The position numbers and the translations under genes were made by a program. Below, in pieces: positions 60,548-64,000 of a stretch of DNA of 64,000 nucleotides. The DNA is from Gammaproteobacteria bacterium (lineage in GTDB: Bacteria > Pseudomonadota > Gammaproteobacteria > GCA-002705445 > GCA-002716945), in the NCBI GenBank assembly GCA_965660795.1, contig CBFIBF010000001.1, positions 30,932-94,931 of the forward strand. The letters run 5' to 3'. How positions within the stretch are numbered: the first letter of the stretch is position 1; every line of letters begins with the position of its first letter. The notes under the pieces were generated by a model. That model saw only the letters and a program-made list of their open reading frames with translations. It did not search any database and was not told where the DNA came from.

Positions 60548-61583
60548 TTATCCTATTCAAAACAAAAGCAGGAAAAAGGTGTGACAGTGATTCTCCGCCA
60601 TTAATAGAAGTCTTTAGAATATGGTTAATATTCTTAAATTTATATCCGTTAGCAGTGCAGATATCTGAAATAATATTTACTCCTAATCCCAAACCAATTA
60701 CCTTAAAACTAGAATCTAAAAAATATTTATCAACTAAATATGATAAGTTTTTATTAATATTCTGCATTTGTCTGTAATGTAATTTATTGCACAAATAGTT
60801 CAAAAGTTTCTTTTTACTTTTATCATAGTCAAAACCAAATGATCTTGATACTCTTTTATATGAATTTATTACAGAATAATTTAAGCCATCTGCAGATTTA
60901 GAATAAATATCCTTATGGCATAATTTTTTTAATATAATATTTACGTCCGCCATTGTTGAAAAATTTTCTGGAATTATACTATACTCTCTATTTTTATAAT
61001 TAATATTATTCATGAGAGAGAATAATGGAGTCCTTGAACATCCAGTATATAAGAGTTCTCTATTTTGAATGCCACTGAGATCAGATGATCTTTGATTTAA
61101 AATCTTTCCATCCTTCAATAGGATAAAGTCACATGTAGTAGACCCTAAATCTATAGCAATTGCATTATCATAATAGTTAGATAAATAAAGGGCCGATGCA
61201 AACCAGTTATAAGATCCTATATAATCAGTATTAAATAGATTAGATTTTTTAATATCTATGAATCCATCTTTTGTGAACACGCTAGAGGTAATTTTTGTTT
61301 TTTTGATTTTATCTATTATATATTTAACACCCTTTTTTCTACTTTCAAAACAATCGCACATCTCAGCAGACATAGTAAAATAATTTTTGATTTGAGAATT
61401 TTTATTACTAAATTGATTTGTAACTCTGGTTATGATTTCATCTAGAGCATCATGTTCGCTCCAAAAGTCAAAATCAATAATGTCATACCAAATAATATTA
61501 TTTGATTCTGGTTCAGCACAGTATTTAATATGTGCGCCGCCAATATCCCATCCTATTTTTGTTATATAAGGTTTAATTGACAT
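60534..61583 (-). CDS. Hydantoinase/oxoprolinase-like H4MPT-linked C1-pathway protein (MfnF-type)
   Basis: 349 aa with an N-terminal GWDIGGAHIK actin-like-fold ATPase motif (the hydantoinase_A N-terminus) and a second ASKHG-like motif (AIDLGSTTCD). Confidence 0.5.
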   Translation of the reverse strand: MSIKPYITKIGWDIGGAHIKYCAEPESNNIIWYDIIDFDFWSEHDALDEIITRVTNQFSNKNSQIKNYFTMSAEMCDCFESRKKGVKYIIDKIKKTKITSSVFTKDGFIDIKKSNLFNTDYIGSYNWFASALYLSNYYDNAIAIDLGSTTCDFILLKDGKILNQRSSDLSGIQNRELLYTGCSRTPLFSLMNNINYKNREYSIIPENFSTMADVNIILKKLCHKDIYSKSADGLNYSVINSYKRVSRSFGFDYDKSKKKLLNYLCNKLHYRQMQNINKNLSYLVDKYFLDSSFKVIGLGLGVNIISDICTANGYKFKNINHILKTSINGGESLSHLFPAFVLNRISDEL

Positions 61584-62476
61584 GTTCTACCTGCTATATC
61601 ACATATGGTATCTTCAATATAATCAAGACAACTAGTATTCTTACACTTCTGTAACATTGACATGGATGTTGTATATCTTGGATTTACTTCGATAAGAAAA
61701 AACTCTCCCTTGTATTCAATAAAGTCTATACCCACAAAACCTCTAAGATTAGGAAGGATTGATATGACGTCATCAATAAATTTAAATATTAAATTTTTAT
61801 CAGTTGGATATAAATTGACTAGTATGGATTTAACTTGAATTCTATCCTTAGACACAGTCATATTATGTTTATTAATTGATAAAACTCTATAATTATTCTC
61901 AGATACATGAAGATTTACACTATGTGAATTTCCTGGAATATACTTTTCAGTAATTTTATTTAAATCTTCATATTTACCTTTTTTTACAAAATAAGTATCA
62001 GAACAACCACATCCGAATCTATCTTTTGTAATTAATAAAGTATTCTTTACATCTGAGTCATAAGTATCAGGATTAAGTATATTATTTTCAGTACAAATTT
62101 TCTTTAGCCTGATCTTATCAGTAGCAATTAATATCGTTCTTAAATCTGATAAATACAAGTTTTCTATATTGGGCGATAGCTTTTTTATATAATTATATGA
62201 TATGAAATCATTCTCAGGACATATGGGTATAAAATAATCATATTGGTTTATGAATTCTGCGTCATATATGAGTTGCAAATTATTTTGATTAACAATAATA
62301 GCTTCTTTTCTGTTGGCATATTTATGTCGGTAATCACAAAAGAAGCTTATTTGATATTTAGTTGTGTCAATAAGAGACCTTAGAATTATATTTGCTTCTG
62401 TGAGAAGATGATGGTCAAGTTTATTTTCAATCAACCCGCCGCCTGTAATATACTCAAATATAAGAATTCTTTTCAT
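61562..62476 (-). CDS. ATP-grasp ligase (MptN/MfnD-type)
   Basis: 304 aa with an ATP-grasp C-terminal motif (FFLIEVNPRYTTSM) and the small size typical of RimK-like cofactor ligases. Confidence 0.55.
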   Translation of the reverse strand: MKRILIFEYITGGGLIENKLDHHLLTEANIILRSLIDTTKYQISFFCDYRHKYANRKEAIIVNQNNLQLIYDAEFINQYDYFIPICPENDFISYNYIKKLSPNIENLYLSDLRTILIATDKIRLKKICTENNILNPDTYDSDVKNTLLITKDRFGCGCSDTYFVKKGKYEDLNKITEKYIPGNSHSVNLHVSENNYRVLSINKHNMTVSKDRIQVKSILVNLYPTDKNLIFKFIDDVISILPNLRGFVGIDFIEYKGEFFLIEVNPRYTTSMSMLQKCKNTSCLDYIEDTICDIAGRTCQLNLI

Positions 62477-62477
62477 T

Positions 62478-63155
62478 ATGAATATTATACCTGCAATTGA
62501 TATAAAAGGCGGAATGGTTGTAAGAGCTATGGGAGGGAATCGAAAATATTATCAACCGGTTCACATCAGCTTAAATCAATCATCAGACCCTATTGTTTTT
62601 ACAAGAAAGATTATTCAATTGTATCATCCGTCAGTAATATATCTTGCTGATCTAGATTCGCTAAATAATGATGGAGATAATACAAATATCATTATTGAAC
62701 TATGTAATTTATTCAAAAATATAATATTTTGGGTAGATGTAGGAAACAGGAAAATAAGTTCATTAGAAAAAAATAATATAATTCATATAATGTGCAGCGA
62801 ATGCTTAAAAAAAATAAAAAATTTTAATTATATTTATAAAAATCATATTTACTCATATGACTATAAGGACGGTATAATTGGCTTTAAATATTTTCAAAAG
62901 CTTGATTCTAAATATAAAAATAAAATTATATTAATGAATATGTCAGATATAGGTACCAGCAAAGGTCCAGATTACAAGCACATAAAAAGAACCCGTAGAA
63001 GCTCAAAAAAAGAATATTATGTTGCTGGAGGAATTAGCTCGGTTTTTGATATTATCAGGCTGCGCAATATGAAAGTTAATGGAGTGATTGTTTCATCTAT
63101 TCTATTTAATACAAAAACCAATAAATACTTAATAAAGAAAAGAGCCAGTAGTTAA
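62478..63155 (+). CDS. HisA/HisF-family (beta/alpha)8 barrel protein (HisA-like, H4MPT-cluster type)
   Basis: 225 aa with N-terminus MNIIPAIDIKGGMVVR (HisA-like phosphate-binding start) and a C-terminal AGGISS glycine-rich phosphate-binding motif. Confidence 0.55.
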   Translation: MNIIPAIDIKGGMVVRAMGGNRKYYQPVHISLNQSSDPIVFTRKIIQLYHPSVIYLADLDSLNNDGDNTNIIIELCNLFKNIIFWVDVGNRKISSLEKNNIIHIMCSECLKKIKNFNYIYKNHIYSYDYKDGIIGFKYFQKLDSKYKNKIILMNMSDIGTSKGPDYKHIKRTRRSSKKEYYVAGGISSVFDIIRLRNMKVNGVIVSSILFNTKTNKYLIKKRASS

Positions 63156-63185
63156 CTGGCTCTAATATCATCATATCAAAAATGA

Positions 63186-63698
63186 TTATTTTTCGAACGG
63201 ATGCTCTGTAGCTTTCTTAGCAACTACGTCTTGAGCTTTTGGCTCACCGCTAACAGCATTTTTAATAGCCATTTTTGTTGCTTCAAAATTATAATCATAG
63301 ATACGTTTGTTATCATCAGCGTCCCAATGAATAAACACACCTACACAGATGAAAATATCATCAGCCTCATCAGCTGGAATTGTTCCATCTTCTACACATT
63401 CAGTAACAGCTCTTGCAACTGCTGCTTGCGCTGGACCAAACATTTGAACTGCTTGCTTAGCGCCTTTGATTGTAACTTTGTTGAACATAGCTGTGCTAGG
63501 TTTACATGGTAAGTTAGGTGAAACTACAGCTAATAAAGATGTAAAACCATCTTTGTTATTACATAATGTGTTACAAAATGCATCTTCAACTGCAGAACCA
63601 CGTGGTCCCATTAATAAGTCGATATGTGAAATTTCGTTATCCCCACCTTCGGTTACAACAAGTGCTTCACCAACTAATACTTTGTCGACTACTGCCAT
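63186..63698 (-). CDS. fae: Formaldehyde-activating enzyme (5,6,7,8-tetrahydromethanopterin hydro-lyase)
   Basis: 170 aa that aligns along its whole length with methylotroph Fae from memory: VGEALV...[11 protein letters not shown]...AFCN...[23 protein letters not shown]....[14 protein letters not shown]...[10 protein letters not shown]....VGVFIHW.A.D...I..YN.EATK..I..AV.GEPKA. Confidence 0.88.
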   Translation of the reverse strand: MAVVDKVLVGEALVVTEGGDNEISHIDLLMGPRGSAVEDAFCNTLCNNKDGFTSLLAVVSPNLPCKPSTAMFNKVTIKGAKQAVQMFGPAQAAVARAVTECVEDGTIPADEADDIFICVGVFIHWDADDNKRIYDYNFEATKMAIKNAVSGEPKAQDVVAKKATEHPFEK

Positions 63699-63723
63699 TT
63701 TTATCTCCTATTTTTTTTGTTTA

Positions 63724-64000
63724 TTAATAAACGGACACTTCACTACTGGACTCTATACCAATGAAATAATCATATATCATCATCGATACAACCAATAGAT
63801 CAGCTGTTGTCCCTGGATTCACCCGAGCCATTTTAAAATGTTTATCAAGAGATATTAGATTTTTACCCCATGACTCATATCGAGTATCCCCGTCTAGTAT
63901 TTTTATCAAATCAGACGCCTCATTACTAGTCTTTTTTGCTATTTTATTGCCATATTTTCGTCTTAAATGAGAATCTGTGTACTTTTCTAGAGTTTTAAGG
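63724..64000 (-). CDS. CitG/MdcB-like triphosphoribosyl-dephospho-CoA synthase family protein, C-terminal part only. The gene starts beyond the window end; the TTG at 63909 used by the track is probably internal.
   Basis: The frame is open from the window edge: ...DTRYESWGKNLISLDKHFKMARVNPGTTADLLVVSMMI, matching the CitG C-terminal NLSPGGSADLLA region. Confidence 0.5.
   Translation of the reverse strand, partial: LKTLEKYTDSHLRRKYGNKIAKKTSNEASDLIKILDGDTRYESWGKNLISLDKHFKMARVNPGTTADLLVVSMMIYDYFIGIESSSEVSVY

Overview
AT-rich (roughly one-third GC by eye), gene-dense window from what looks like a small, streamlined gammaproteobacterial sulfur-oxidiser genome. The SUP05/Thioglobus-like attribution is inference from the soxXYZA, YeeE and TusA content, the low GC, and a Pseudomonas-like gene order (secA-argJ-mutT, rnpB-mraZ). 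Almost all of it is core genome, mostly on the minus strand. In order: partial scpA, trpS, bolA-family, rimI, a family-4 UDG, leuA, pssA, ilvC-ilvH-ilvI, a TusA-like protein, a BepA-like M48/TPR protease, soxXYZA plus a lipoprotein, an alpha/beta hydrolase abutting tRNA-Lys(UUU), a YeeE/YedE thiosulfate-transporter-family protein, queC-queE, ruvC, a YebC-family protein, nadA, aspS, an FmdB-like zinc ribbon, two monoheme cytochromes c, an RND pump with its membrane fusion protein, pgeF-rluD/bamD, nadE, coaE-zapD, a MutT/ThiE-like fusion, argJ, secA, a DUF721 (DciA-like) gene and lpxC. A complete dcw division/cell-wall cluster follows (mraZ, rsmH, ftsL, ftsZ, ftsI, murE, murF, mraY, murD, ftsW, murG, murC, murB, ddl, ftsQ, ftsA), then RNase P RNA (rnpB), a methyltransferase-like gene and dusA. 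The last ~8.5 kb (55.4 kb to the end) is the stand-out. It is a tightly packed, mixed-strand cluster of archaeal-type C1-cofactor genes for tetrahydromethanopterin and methanofuran biosynthesis: a MobA-like NTP transferase, an AfpA/DmrX-type flavoprotein, a DHPS-like pterin-binding protein, a DUF447-like protein, an MfnB-like protein, a PabB-like protein, a hydantoinase-like MfnF-type protein, an ATP-grasp ligase, a HisA-like protein and a partial CitG-like gene, together with the formaldehyde-activating enzyme Fae. It runs off the window edge. Other oddities: ftsZ sits between ftsL and ftsI instead of after ftsA; a 64-codon J-domain gene is translationally coupled between mraZ and rsmH; ftsI has no in-frame ATG for its transmembrane N-terminus; and the hydrolase next to tRNA-Lys has no canonical start. 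I saw no CRISPR array, transposase, integrase or phage genes. Many ORFs in the six-frame track are nested or antisense artefacts.
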